Positions 28,440-38,465 of a DNA stretch of 64,000 bases are shown piece by piece. How positions within the stretch are numbered: the stretch's first letter is position 1; the number at the start of each line of letters is the position of its first letter. The translations under genes and the position numbers were made by a program. The notes beneath the pieces were generated by a model, which searched no databases, was not told where the DNA came from, and was given only the letters and a program-made list of their open reading frames with translations. Source of the stretch: an uncultured cyanobacterium (GTDB lineage Bacteria; Cyanobacteriota; Cyanobacteriia; Pseudanabaenales; Pseudanabaenaceae); assembly GCA_963703315.1 (NCBI GenBank), contig OY969811.1:2272001-2336000 (forward strand). Reading direction: 5' to 3'.

Positions 28440-30047
28440 TTAGTCATTACGTTTAAATGTGTCTAGCCATTCACGTAATTGTTGGGAAGCAATATCTTTG
28501 CCTCCAAGTCCAAAAGCAACAGCGATCGCTACGGCAATGGCTCCAGTTAACAAGCCGAACGCTAGATCGACAATATTACTGGCAATACCCATTTGCTTGA
28601 GTGCCATTGCGGTAATCAAGGCAACAATAGAAATCCGTGCCGCATGACCGAGAATTCTTGCTTGTCTGCCACCTGTGCTAGTAATCAGGTTGAAGGCAAG
28701 ATTGGCAAGGTATAGACCGATCGCAAAAATAATCACGCCGCTTAGTACTTGACCTGCAACTTGTAAGACTCCAAAGACAATGCGGGTAAGGGCATTAATT
28801 TGCAGAACATCGGTTGCAGTGGCGATCGCCACTAACATAATCGCAAGAAATACGATGATTCCGACAATTTGCGAAGGTGTTTGGGGTGGTAATGAAGTTA
28901 CAGAACCATTTTCCGTATCTTCATAAATTCGCGATTCCATCGGTGTTGCCGCGATCGCAGGGAATCCCAACCATTGCAAAATATTGTTGAAGCCTAAGCC
29001 TGTGAGAATCCCAGAAATGATATCTCTGGCAAACTGTCCAAAGAAATAGGCGATCGTGAGAATGGCACTCGCCACGAAGATTTGAGGCAAGAATCGCAAT
29101 ACTTGATCAAGCATTGCTGTTGCTGGACGGGAGATTGCCGCAACTTCCAATGCTTCTAAGGCAGAGATGGCGGTGGGAATGAGAATCAGAATATATAGAA
29201 AGTTCCCAACCACCTGAGAGAATCTATATTCAGTTTGACTATTAGTCCAACGGCGCAGGAATTGATCGGCACCACTAGTAGCTAAGAGATTGGTGACAAT
29301 GCGTTTCACCACTTGAGCAATTAACCAACCAATACCACCAATAATCACTGCCTTGAGGATTTTGGGTAAGGCACTCAAAATTTGATTAACCAAATTTTGT
29401 AAAGGCTGAAGTGCTTGCACTAGACCAAGAGTATCGAGGATCAGTGGCAAAAACAGTAGCAAGATGAACCAATATAAAGCGGAAGCTAAAGTTTCGCTGA
29501 GAGGTATGGTATTGCTGGTTGTAACACTTTCACTGGTGAGATCGATGGGGTCATTTACTTGAGAATTGACTTTAGTATCAATCTGCGCCGATCGCAAAAA
29601 GCGACTGACGATCACCTTACTGATAGTTGCTAAGATCCACGCAATGCCTGCTAAAATTGCTGCCCCACCAAGTTTAGGCAGAAATGAGGCGATCTGTCCT
29701 AATAAACCATTTAACGGCGTGGCAACGGCATCTAATTTCAGAAATTGGAAGAAACCAACTAAGGTAAAAAGTAAGATAATCCAAAAAACCGTAGCACTAG
29801 CCCATTTCTCAATGGGGAAATCACTACGAGAACCTGTTAACCAATTGGCAAGTTTATTATCAATGTCTGTACGCTTCATAGCGTTTTCGGTGATCGAGGC
29901 GAAGAAGATCGCCACTACCCAGCCACCGACAAGAATGGCGATCGCTATAACAAGTTGAAATACAATTCCATCAGGCTTGAGCAGATCTTCAACTGCAAAA
30001 CTCCTAGATGTGGAGGTTTGAGCTAATAAATAAGAAAAATCGCGCAT
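28440..30047 (-). CDS. CmpX-like mechanosensitive-channel TM-helix-repeat membrane protein
   Basis: Repeated (F/A)LPK..A..I..IGW TM units; C-terminal AFGLLTGAIAVAIAVAFGLGGKD. Confidence 0.85.
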   Translation of the reverse strand: MRDFSYLLAQTSTSRSFAVEDLLKPDGIVFQLVIAIAILVGGWVVAIFFASITENAMKRTDIDNKLANWLTGSRSDFPIEKWASATVFWIILLFTLVGFFQFLKLDAVATPLNGLLGQIASFLPKLGGAAILAGIAWILATISKVIVSRFLRSAQIDTKVNSQVNDPIDLTSESVTTSNTIPLSETLASALYWFILLLFLPLILDTLGLVQALQPLQNLVNQILSALPKILKAVIIGGIGWLIAQVVKRIVTNLLATSGADQFLRRWTNSQTEYRFSQVVGNFLYILILIPTAISALEALEVAAISRPATAMLDQVLRFLPQIFVASAILTIAYFFGQFARDIISGILTGLGFNNILQWLGFPAIAATPMESRIYEDTENGSVTSLPPQTPSQIVGIIVFLAIMLVAIATATDVLQINALTRIVFGVLQVAGQVLSGVIIFAIGLYLANLAFNLITSTGGRQARILGHAARISIVALITAMALKQMGIASNIVDLAFGLLTGAIAVAIAVAFGLGGKDIASQQLREWLDTFKRND

Positions 30048-30329
30048 ATTGCACCTTGCACTAAACAATCAAGGACGTATCCTCCTTCGTATATTAAGTG
30101 CAGTTACCGCTAAAAAATAGTCGTCAATACTTAAGTTTTAACAAGTAAAAACTATGTAAACCCTTAACAGTTAAGGGTTTACGCCTTCAAAAAAACTATT
30201 TTGAAGATTTATCACGTATATAGCGTTTTACAGTCTCGTGAAGTAAAGGATTGTTTCCTCGCCTTCGGCGAGGAAACAATCCTTATTTAGAAAAAGCAGC
30301 GCGTCGCGCTGCACCTCTTTTTTAGGTTT

Positions 30330-31340
30330 TTACTTTTTAGATTTCTTCTTCCCTTTAGTTGCTGAAAATATTTCTGACTGAGCAATTTCAGCATCAAGAA
30401 TAGTTTGTCCTGTCGCTGCTAAAAATACATCGTCAAGGCTAGGGCGTGATTGCGACAGGCTAAATACACTGATATCCACTGCCGCTAACATATTTTGAAT
30501 TTCACTAATGGCATTGATGTCAGGAGTAACAAACAAATTTACCGCATTACCCTGTGCCGCATTAATCGTAATACTCTGCACAATCGGTAGCTGTTGCAAA
30601 ATCTTTTGAGCTTGCTCAGCCTCATGGCGCTCGGCAAACTCCCGAATCCTAACAGTGATGCGATCGCCACCCACCTTAGTCTTTAACTCACTAGTTGTCC
30701 CTTCCGCAATAATTTTGCCTTTGTCAATGATGGCTACGCGATCGGCAAGAGCATCAATTTCTTCGAGGTAATGGCTAGAAATTAAGATTGTCACTCCTGA
30801 TGCTCGCAATTTGCGTAAAAATTCCCAAATCGCTAGCCGACTTTGAATGTCTAAGCCTACGGTTGGTTCATCAAGAATTAATACAGAGGGCTGATGTAAC
30901 AGTCCTGCGGCTAAATCTAAGCGTTTTTTTAAACCACCTGAATATGTCCCTGAAAGTTTGTCCGCATAAGGCTCTAGTTGCAGTAGGTCTAAAACACTAT
31001 CAATACGATCGCTAATTTGTTTGGGTGGGATGTGATACAAAGCTGCTTGAAAGCGTAATAACTCTCGTCCCGTTAAGACTTTATCAAGAGCGACTTCCTG
31101 TGCCACATAACCTAAGCGATCGCGAATTTCTCTAAGGTCGGTTGCGCCAGCTACTTCAACTAGCCCCGAATCAGGTGTGGTTAAGGTACAAATGCAGCGC
31201 ATTGTGGTGGTCTTACCTGCTCCATTGGGACCTAGTAGCCCATAGATTTGACCCTGTGTAACATTTAGAGAAATTCCATCTACGGCAATAGTCTCGCCAT
31301 AACTTTTCCTAAGATTTTCGATTCGTACTGCCGATTGCAT
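30330..31340 (-). CDS. ABC-2 type (DrrA-like) ATP-binding protein
   Basis: GPNGAGKTT, YSGGLKKRLDLA, LDEPTVGLD, PSLDDVFL. Confidence 0.9.
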   Translation of the reverse strand: MQSAVRIENLRKSYGETIAVDGISLNVTQGQIYGLLGPNGAGKTTTMRCICTLTTPDSGLVEVAGATDLREIRDRLGYVAQEVALDKVLTGRELLRFQAALYHIPPKQISDRIDSVLDLLQLEPYADKLSGTYSGGLKKRLDLAAGLLHQPSVLILDEPTVGLDIQSRLAIWEFLRKLRASGVTILISSHYLEEIDALADRVAIIDKGKIIAEGTTSELKTKVGGDRITVRIREFAERHEAEQAQKILQQLPIVQSITINAAQGNAVNLFVTPDINAISEIQNMLAAVDISVFSLSQSRPSLDDVFLAATGQTILDAEIAQSEIFSATKGKKKSKK

Positions 31341-31539
31341 AGATGTATCTAAGTTATTACGTTCACTCTAGATATTTTGACCTATTTTTTGGGCGATCGC
31401 CAAATAAAACTAAAAAGCGAGTGGCGGTGCTTCGCGCCGCTTCTCGCTTTTGGGGGAGCAAGCGCCGCTTATGCCACAGGGCTTCAATCTAGTACAAATC
31501 AAAACTCAATAAGTGAGTTGCGGCGCTTCGCGCCGCAAC

Positions 31540-32424
31540 TCACTTATTGGTTTTTTGGATAAATTCATTAATGCCATTGCGGTAAATTTCACTTGAGTCT
31601 AAAAATCCACCATTGTGATCGCCGCGTAGTTTGACTAAAGTTTTGGGTGCATTGGCAACTTGAAAGTTGCGATCGCCATGATGAAACGGAATAATCTCGT
31701 CATCAATGCTGTGCATGATCAGAACAGGAATTTTAATATTTGGTAAGCGATCTCTCGAATTGTAATTAAATCTTGATAGTAAGTGGATTGGCAAAAACGG
31801 ATAAAGCTCGGCGGCGCGATCGCTAATAGATGTAAAAGTAGATGCGAGAATCAGACCTGCTGCGGAATTTTGAGAATTTTGTTGTGTAGTAGTTTGCACG
31901 ATGTAAGAAGCGATCGCCCCACCCAGAGATTCGCCATAGACAATAATTTTTTGCGGCGGAATTTTGCGCTCTTGGGTGAGATATTGCCATGCAGCTTCGA
32001 CATCGGTATATGTTCCTTCTTCACTAGGTTGCCCTTCACTCTTGCCGTAGCCGCGATAGTCAAACAAAAATGTAGCAAGTCCTAAATCTTTAAATATTGG
32101 CAAATAACTGATGCGATTGCTAATATTGCCACCATTGCCATGACAAAACAAAATGACACCTTTGCCAACGGGATCATTATCTTTGACGGGGATAAACCAA
32201 GCAGACAAATTGACATTATCTTTGGTAGTTAGTTGAATATCTTCAAATTTTAAGCCCATAGATTTAGGAGTTTCTAAAACATCTTTGCTGGGCATAAAGA
32301 CTAGATTTGATTGCCCAAAATATAAGGCGATCGCTAAGCCAATATAAGCAAAAATAAGAATCCGAATCACAGGCAGTAACAACTTCTGAAATATTTGAAA
32401 TGCTGATTGTAAATTTTGACTCAT
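31540..32424 (-). CDS. Alpha/beta hydrolase (ABHD13/Bem46-like)
   Basis: N-terminal TM, HGNGGN, DYRGYG, GESLGG, DEIIP, GDHN. Confidence 0.9.
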   Translation of the reverse strand: MSQNLQSAFQIFQKLLLPVIRILIFAYIGLAIALYFGQSNLVFMPSKDVLETPKSMGLKFEDIQLTTKDNVNLSAWFIPVKDNDPVGKGVILFCHGNGGNISNRISYLPIFKDLGLATFLFDYRGYGKSEGQPSEEGTYTDVEAAWQYLTQERKIPPQKIIVYGESLGGAIASYIVQTTTQQNSQNSAAGLILASTFTSISDRAAELYPFLPIHLLSRFNYNSRDRLPNIKIPVLIMHSIDDEIIPFHHGDRNFQVANAPKTLVKLRGDHNGGFLDSSEIYRNGINEFIQKTNK

Positions 32425-32613
32425 ACTGCTTCAAGCCCTGCTATTTGCGATAAAGATATGACTAGTTAAGTACAGCACAAAGCACTGTAGTATGATTATT
32501 CGAGCAACTTATAACATTTCAAGAAAGCAAGGTATTGTTTCTTCGCCTTCGGCAGGGAAACAATACCTTGCGACAAGCTCTATATCCACTTAAAGTATGA
32601 ATTAAGGTGAATT

Positions 32614-34128
32614 ATGCCCTCATTAAGTATTACTCTGATTTCACTAATCATAATCATTTTAGGAGTACTTAGCTTGCGGTATTGGGCAAAAAGAAAACGT
32701 TATCAATCTCTTAGATCATTACCATCACCATCAGGACACTGGCTATTAGGCAATATTCCTCAAGTATTGGCAGCAGTTAAAAAGAAGCAATTTTTTAAAC
32801 TGCTATTTGATTGGAGTAAGCAATATGGTTCTATTTATGTTTATTGGGTAGGTGTTCCTGTTGTCATTTTAAGTAAGCCTTCAGTCATTGAAAGTACAAT
32901 TATTAATGGCATGAGAGATGGTAGTTTGATTAGGTCACAAACGGCAACCAGTGCTTGGAATGATATTAGTGGTGCAATTTTACTTGGACAAAGTGGAGCG
33001 GAGTGGCAATGGCGGCGCAAAGCTTGGAATCCAGAATTTAGTCCAGTGGGAATCTCTGCCTATATAGGCGTTGTGGAGCAAGCCTGTTCTCAAATTACCG
33101 ACAAAATTAGAACCGCCGATCGCTCAGAAACAGTTCCCGTCGATCGCTTGTTTGTTGAATTAACGATGCGCGTAATTGCTAGTTTATTGTTAGGCATTCC
33201 TGTAGATAGTAAAAGTTCAGAAGGAGTGTCTTTAGATATTCCCAAAGTTTACGAAGCGATGTCAATTCTGGGCTATCGATTTCTGCGTGTGGCAACGGGT
33301 GAAAAACCTTGGAAGAAATATCTACCCACACAATCATCGCGTGATTACTGGTCGGCTAGAAAATATATGGAAGAATTCCTAACTCCCCGTATAAACCTTG
33401 CTTTGCAACTTAGAGACAATCAAACTAGCAATTCTGACTTGCTTACTCCCCTATTTCAAGAGTCCATGCTGGTAAAAATTACCGCGAAAGAACCTCGCTA
33501 CACAAGAGAAACTCTCATCGCTGAAGTAATTGAATTAATGATTGCGGGGACTGATACGACCGCCCATACTCTATCCTTTGCGATGGGTGAATTAGCCGCC
33601 CATCCAGAGGTTTTTCATAAGGCTCAAGCGATCGCCGATCAAGTATGGCAAAAGCATGGAGCAATCTCTATTGAAAGCCTAAAAGAACTCAACTATATCC
33701 GCGCCGTTGTGAAAGAAACACTTCGTATTTATTCCGTTGGGTCTGGTTCTACATCGTTACAAGCAGTCAAACAAACCACCATTGAGGGAATTACTATTCC
33801 TGTAGGCACGAAAATATTTTGGTCGATGCAAGCTGCTGGTAAGGATGCTGAGACATATTCCCAACCTGATGAATTTCTGCCAGAGCGTTGGCTCGAAGAA
33901 GGCAATGGCAGCCCTTCTCTACCGATGATTGATTTTGGCTCAGGTACTCATCGCTGTCTCGGTGAACATTTAGCCATGCTAGAAGCAACGATTATGCTGG
34001 CTCAATTGTTGCATAACTTTGATTGGGAATTAGTTAATGGTCGGGCATCTCTAGAAAATTTGCAACAGAACCTCTTAATTTATCCCTCTGATGGAATGCC
34101 TTTGCGATTTCGATTAAGAGGAAATTGA
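32614..34128 (+). CDS. Cytochrome P450 with N-terminal membrane anchor
   Basis: AGTDTT I-helix, ETLR, PERW, FGSGTHRCLG heme motif. Confidence 0.95.
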   Translation: MPSLSITLISLIIIILGVLSLRYWAKRKRYQSLRSLPSPSGHWLLGNIPQVLAAVKKKQFFKLLFDWSKQYGSIYVYWVGVPVVILSKPSVIESTIINGMRDGSLIRSQTATSAWNDISGAILLGQSGAEWQWRRKAWNPEFSPVGISAYIGVVEQACSQITDKIRTADRSETVPVDRLFVELTMRVIASLLLGIPVDSKSSEGVSLDIPKVYEAMSILGYRFLRVATGEKPWKKYLPTQSSRDYWSARKYMEEFLTPRINLALQLRDNQTSNSDLLTPLFQESMLVKITAKEPRYTRETLIAEVIELMIAGTDTTAHTLSFAMGELAAHPEVFHKAQAIADQVWQKHGAISIESLKELNYIRAVVKETLRIYSVGSGSTSLQAVKQTTIEGITIPVGTKIFWSMQAAGKDAETYSQPDEFLPERWLEEGNGSPSLPMIDFGSGTHRCLGEHLAMLEATIMLAQLLHNFDWELVNGRASLENLQQNLLIYPSDGMPLRFRLRGN

Positions 34129-34185
34129 TTTATCCCGCAAGTTGCTGTAAGGGCAATTCATGAATTGCCCTTACAGCAATTTTCT

Positions 34186-35688
34186 TTATGCTTTTTTCAC
34201 TAAGACTAATTCTTCAGGCGTGAAGTCTTCAAAGGCGACTTGCTGACTGGCTAATAGCTCAACTGTGGCATCCGCAATGTCATTATTTGCCGCAGCGCGA
34301 TCGCGCAAACGTTGCTGCAAAACTTCCACAGGCGCAGTGCAGTAAATAATTTCCACAGGAATATTTTGAGCTTGGGCGGCGGCGATCGCTTGACTTCGTA
34401 AACTAAGGCGATCGTACTTCGCATCGAGAATGACCGTGAAGCCTTTGCTAGCTAACAAAGTCCCTAACTCCGCCAATCTGGTATAGGTCTTCGCCGTCAT
34501 CTCTGGTGTGTAAATGTCATCACTACCACGCTCCATTAGGTCAATTCCTGCGATTTGCTTACGAATTGCATCCGATCGCAGATAGATGGCATCTTGCTCA
34601 GAGGCAATTTTTCTTGCCGTTGTGCTTTTACCAGAACCCGACACACCCGACATGATGATCACCTTGCCCTGTTTGGGTTGCGTATATTCCCAAGCCAGTT
34701 TGTAATATGCCGAAGCTTCCGTTTGAGCATTAGTTTTGACATCCGCAGGAATATTCGGATCATCAAGTAAGAAGGAAGTCACTTTAGCGCGAATATAGGC
34801 ACGCATACTGCAATGGAGTGGTAACAGTACGGCTCCTTCATAATCACCTGTGCGCTCTAGATAAGTATTCAGAAAGATATTTGCGAGATCCCTACGACCG
34901 CGAAATTGTAAATCCATTAATAGAAATGCGGCATCGTACAGCACATCGCTATTACGGAATGGCTCATTAAATTCGATACAGTCAAAAATCTGGATTTGAT
35001 CTTGATAAAGACAAATATTTTTTAGATGGACATCGCCATGACACTCGCGGACTTTGCCCTTAGCAATGCGATCTCTAAACACCGATGCATTCTCCGCAAA
35101 GAATTTCTCCGTATAGGCACGGGTTTGAGCAAGCTGTTCTTCAGTCTGAGCAATGCCCACATATTTTTCTGTAGATGCGTAGTTGTCATTGGCTACGGCG
35201 CGTACAGCTTCGGCAGTTCCGAAAGTATTGATATGGTCATTGGTTAGAGCCTGTTGATGGAATGCCGCTAACTGTTCCCCTATCTGCTTTACATGGTCAG
35301 CCGTCAATCTTCCCGATGCAAATACCTCGATTAACAAATCCTCTTGTGAGAACTCTGGCATGGCGATCGCATATTCCACAGGCGTACCTGCACCAGTCTG
35401 ATCAAAATGATAATTTCCATCGGTTTCCACAATTGGCAAAACTGAGAGATAAAGCTCAGGCGCAAGGCGGCGATTGAGGCGCAGTTCTTCCTCACAAAAA
35501 TGTTTACGCTTCTCTAAAGTAGAAAAATCTAAAAATCCAAAATTCATTGGTTTCTTGACTTTGTATGCGAACTTTCCTGTTAATAGCACAAAGGAAATAT
35601 GAGTTTGTAAAAGCTGAATTGGCTCGGTGACAGGATGATCATAAAATTCAGGCAAGAGCATCTGCTCAATGATTGGCGGTAATGACAT
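34186..35688 (-). CDS. Bifunctional aminoglycoside-phosphotransferase-like / P-loop kinase protein
   Basis: QTHIS..AYKVKKP, ECHGDVHLKNI, FDCIEFN; C-terminal GVSGSGKST, RSDAIRK. Confidence 0.9.
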   Translation of the reverse strand: MSLPPIIEQMLLPEFYDHPVTEPIQLLQTHISFVLLTGKFAYKVKKPMNFGFLDFSTLEKRKHFCEEELRLNRRLAPELYLSVLPIVETDGNYHFDQTGAGTPVEYAIAMPEFSQEDLLIEVFASGRLTADHVKQIGEQLAAFHQQALTNDHINTFGTAEAVRAVANDNYASTEKYVGIAQTEEQLAQTRAYTEKFFAENASVFRDRIAKGKVRECHGDVHLKNICLYQDQIQIFDCIEFNEPFRNSDVLYDAAFLLMDLQFRGRRDLANIFLNTYLERTGDYEGAVLLPLHCSMRAYIRAKVTSFLLDDPNIPADVKTNAQTEASAYYKLAWEYTQPKQGKVIIMSGVSGSGKSTTARKIASEQDAIYLRSDAIRKQIAGIDLMERGSDDIYTPEMTAKTYTRLAELGTLLASKGFTVILDAKYDRLSLRSQAIAAAQAQNIPVEIIYCTAPVEVLQQRLRDRAAANNDIADATVELLASQQVAFEDFTPEELVLVKKA

Positions 35689-35760
35689 GGTAATTCGTAA
35701 TTGGTAAGTAGCTTTTGCCGCCTGCTACGCAGGCTGCAAAAGCCTCTAGTTTTTATCAGA

Positions 35761-36609
35761 CTAACCCACTTTGCGCTCAGTCACTAGAGTCAGGCTAGTC
35801 CATCCCCCTTTATTGTCATAGCTGCGAATCATTTTTTGATGTAGATTTGTCTCTAGTAGCCATGATATCGATAGACGAAAGGGTTTATTAGAGGCGATCG
35901 CTAAAGGACAGGTCATCGAAGCTCCATCAGGCAAAAATAGCGTTTGGCTGGGAAAAGTATCCTGATCGAAAGTTGAATCAAATTTTAGAATCTGGGAATT
36001 GCATGGATCGATCTGAGCAGTGGAAGTGATTGTTTTTGTACCCAAGCCTGTTGGCATGGTTAAAGACATAATTGCGCGATCGCCATCTTTTTGCCATTCC
36101 GTAACCGTTGGTGTTACCTCTGGGGTGAGCCAATCAGGGGAGAGGGTAATCGCTTCACCTTCCCATTTACCGAGCAACGTCTCAAGGGTCAAGGGAGGAC
36201 GTTCAGGGGTGGCGCTATTGGGTAAATGTTCACGAATGAGGGTAAAGCGATCAAGTTGACTAGCTCTATCATAGAGAGTAACTATGCGTAAACGGCGATC
36301 GCCATAAATCAGACCTAACTCTGCACCAAATTCTGTAAATGGTGAGAATTGAATTGCCCCTTGAGAAAAAGCGCCGTTCTCAAATAGAATTATGCTCTTG
36401 TTGAGTGAACGGTATTCTAAAACTAAGTCCTGTGGCTGCCCATCATAAAATCGGCGCACAACCTGCCGCATGGTGAGATGATCTTCTTTAAGTTCTAAAC
36501 TTGTCTCACTCGGAATATCTTCTAATATCTCGCCTTTAGAGGATAATCGCGTAAATGAACCCTGCCAACAGCCAAGGTTTTGTAATAAACATTCCCATTG
36601 CGATCGCAT
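35761..36609 (-). CDS. DUF3598 family protein
   Basis: SQWECLLQNLGCWQGSFT, GAFSQG, LPDGAS, RSYDNKGGW. Confidence 0.85.
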   Translation of the reverse strand: MRSQWECLLQNLGCWQGSFTRLSSKGEILEDIPSETSLELKEDHLTMRQVVRRFYDGQPQDLVLEYRSLNKSIILFENGAFSQGAIQFSPFTEFGAELGLIYGDRRLRIVTLYDRASQLDRFTLIREHLPNSATPERPPLTLETLLGKWEGEAITLSPDWLTPEVTPTVTEWQKDGDRAIMSLTMPTGLGTKTITSTAQIDPCNSQILKFDSTFDQDTFPSQTLFLPDGASMTCPLAIASNKPFRLSISWLLETNLHQKMIRSYDNKGGWTSLTLVTERKVG

Positions 36610-36643
36610 AATTAGATACCTACCTACTTACTATAGAAATCAT

Positions 36644-36916
36644 GTTAATGTCATGATTTATTCGCGTTTCCAGTGATTTATCGCAGCAAGAACGTAGGGG
36701 CTTAGCATTTGCGCCACAATTTTAAAACCCATCACAGAAATCTCGATCCGCGAATGCTAAGCCCTCTGTGCTTTTACAGACAATTTGTCCTTGCGTTGCG
36801 AGTTTTTGGACAGAGCATTCCCAAAGGAAGATTATCTAAAAACTTATAGATTGTGGCAGGAATGCTCTGTCCCTACAGTTCTATTCTAGGAGGCGCGAAT
36901 AAATAATGACGCTAAC
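36644..36916. mobile_element. MITE-like element: ~23-bp imperfect TIRs enclosing a GTAG-REP double-hairpin unit (copy A)
   Basis: GTTAATGTCATGATTTATTCGCG (36644) / CGCGAATAAATAATGACGCTAAC (36894-36916); inner GTAGGGG...CCCTAC at 36694-36876. Confidence 0.7.
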
Positions 36917-37098
36917 GGCATTGCGGTAAAGGCGCGATCGCACAAAGATTTTTCTGACATAATTTTGAGCTGTAAATACCAAAAATAATCATAGTTGAAG
37001 TAGGCTTGGAAAGTTTACTTTAACCACATTTTTTGTGCTATACAGGAGATGGCTTACAAGGTTTTCACGGCTAAATTACGCGAATATTTCGGGAAATT

Positions 37099-37947
37099 AT
37101 GGTGGCGAAATACTTTAATCCTTATACTGATTTTGGCTTTAAGAAACTGTTCGGCGAAGAAGGCAGTAAAGATTTGCTCATCGATTTTCTCAATCAACTT
37201 TTACCGATACATCATCAAATTCAACAATTAACATTTAAAAATTCTGAAAATCTCTCCGACACCATATCGGAACGTAAAGCTATTTTTGATATTTACTGCG
37301 AAAGTAAAACTGGTGATAAGTTTATTGTGGAAATGCAAAAAGCGAAAATCAAGCATTTCAAAGATCGAGCCTTATTCTATTCCACATTCCCAATTCGAGA
37401 ACAGTCGGAAAAAGGAGATTGGAATTTTTATTTATTACCAATCTATTTTATTGCCATATTAGATTTTGAGTACGATGAACATACCACACCCAAGTTTAGG
37501 CGCGATGTATGCCTCAAAGACCAAGATGGAGATATATTCTTCGATAAGTTAAATTTTAAGTTTTTACAAATGCCGCTATTCAATAAACAAGAGAATGAAC
37601 TAGTAACTCACTTCGATAAATGGCTGTATTTTTTAAAGAACCTAGAAAGTTTTAATCACATACCCGCAATACTCAATGAACCAATCTTTCAAAAAGGATT
37701 TGAAATCGCCGAAATATCGCACTTAGATCTAGAGCAGTATGAACAATATAAAAAGAGTTTAGTCCAGTATTTAGAAGTGAAAAATGTATTTGATACAGCC
37801 TTTGAAGAAGGTGAAAAGGTCGGTATTGAGAAGGGTATTGAGAAAGGTATTGAGAAAGTTGCCAAAGCATTGAAAGAGCAAAATGTAGCCATAGAAATCA
37901 TTGCCGAATCAACTGGTTTATCATATGAAGTTATTAGTAGGATTTAA
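37099..37947 (+). CDS. Rpn family PD-(D/E)XK nuclease / putative transposase
   Basis: NPYTDFGFKKLFG, IFDIYC, FIVEMQ, DRALFY, DKWLYFLKN, C-terminal EKG(I/V) repeats and IAESTGLS. Confidence 0.9.
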   Translation: MVAKYFNPYTDFGFKKLFGEEGSKDLLIDFLNQLLPIHHQIQQLTFKNSENLSDTISERKAIFDIYCESKTGDKFIVEMQKAKIKHFKDRALFYSTFPIREQSEKGDWNFYLLPIYFIAILDFEYDEHTTPKFRRDVCLKDQDGDIFFDKLNFKFLQMPLFNKQENELVTHFDKWLYFLKNLESFNHIPAILNEPIFQKGFEIAEISHLDLEQYEQYKKSLVQYLEVKNVFDTAFEEGEKVGIEKGIEKGIEKVAKALKEQNVAIEIIAESTGLSYEVISRI

Positions 37948-37971
37948 GTCAAGCCCTATAAACACAAACTT

Positions 37972-38193
37972 GTAGGGGTTGAGCATTTGCGCCACTATTT
38001 TTATACTCCCCACAATCATCTTGAAATGCAAATGCTCAACCCTTTGTGCTTTCATCGATAACTTGTCCCTGCGTTGCGAGGTTTGGGCAAAGCATTGCCA
38101 AATCAAAATTATCTGAAAATTTATAGGTTTTCGGGGCAATGCTTTGCCCCTACAGAAGGATTGTCTGATGCGCTAATAATTTATCACACTAAC
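37972..38193. repeat. Second copy (B) of the GTAG-REP double-hairpin unit, plus a degenerate right TIR
   Basis: GTAGGGG...CCCCTAC at 37972-38153 is collinear with 36694-36876; CGCTAATAATTTATCACACTAAC at 38171-38193. Confidence 0.75.
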
Positions 38194-38465
38194 GTTATTC
38201 TCCTAAGTCATCCTGAATTTTTGCTAGGAGTTCTTCGCAGTCTTTGACTAAAGGAATGCCAAGTTCTTGGGAGAGGGTGAGGGCGGCTTGGCAATGGGTG
38301 AGGGCGAGTTGGGGTTGATTGGTTTGATAGGCGATCGCTGCAAGCGCTTTGAAACTATGGGCTATTAAAGGTTTAAGGTTAATCTCTTGGGAAATAACTA
38401 AGGATGCTTGAATTTTGGTTTCTGCTTCGCTGTAGTTTTCCAGTTCGATCAATGCCTCCCCTATA

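Noticed and set aside
31377..31562. Short ORFs over palindrome clusters (also 52632-52829, 16071-16268, 13419-13652)
   Set aside because: Stop-poor GC palindromes create chance ORFs (RRFAP/ALRAA peptides)
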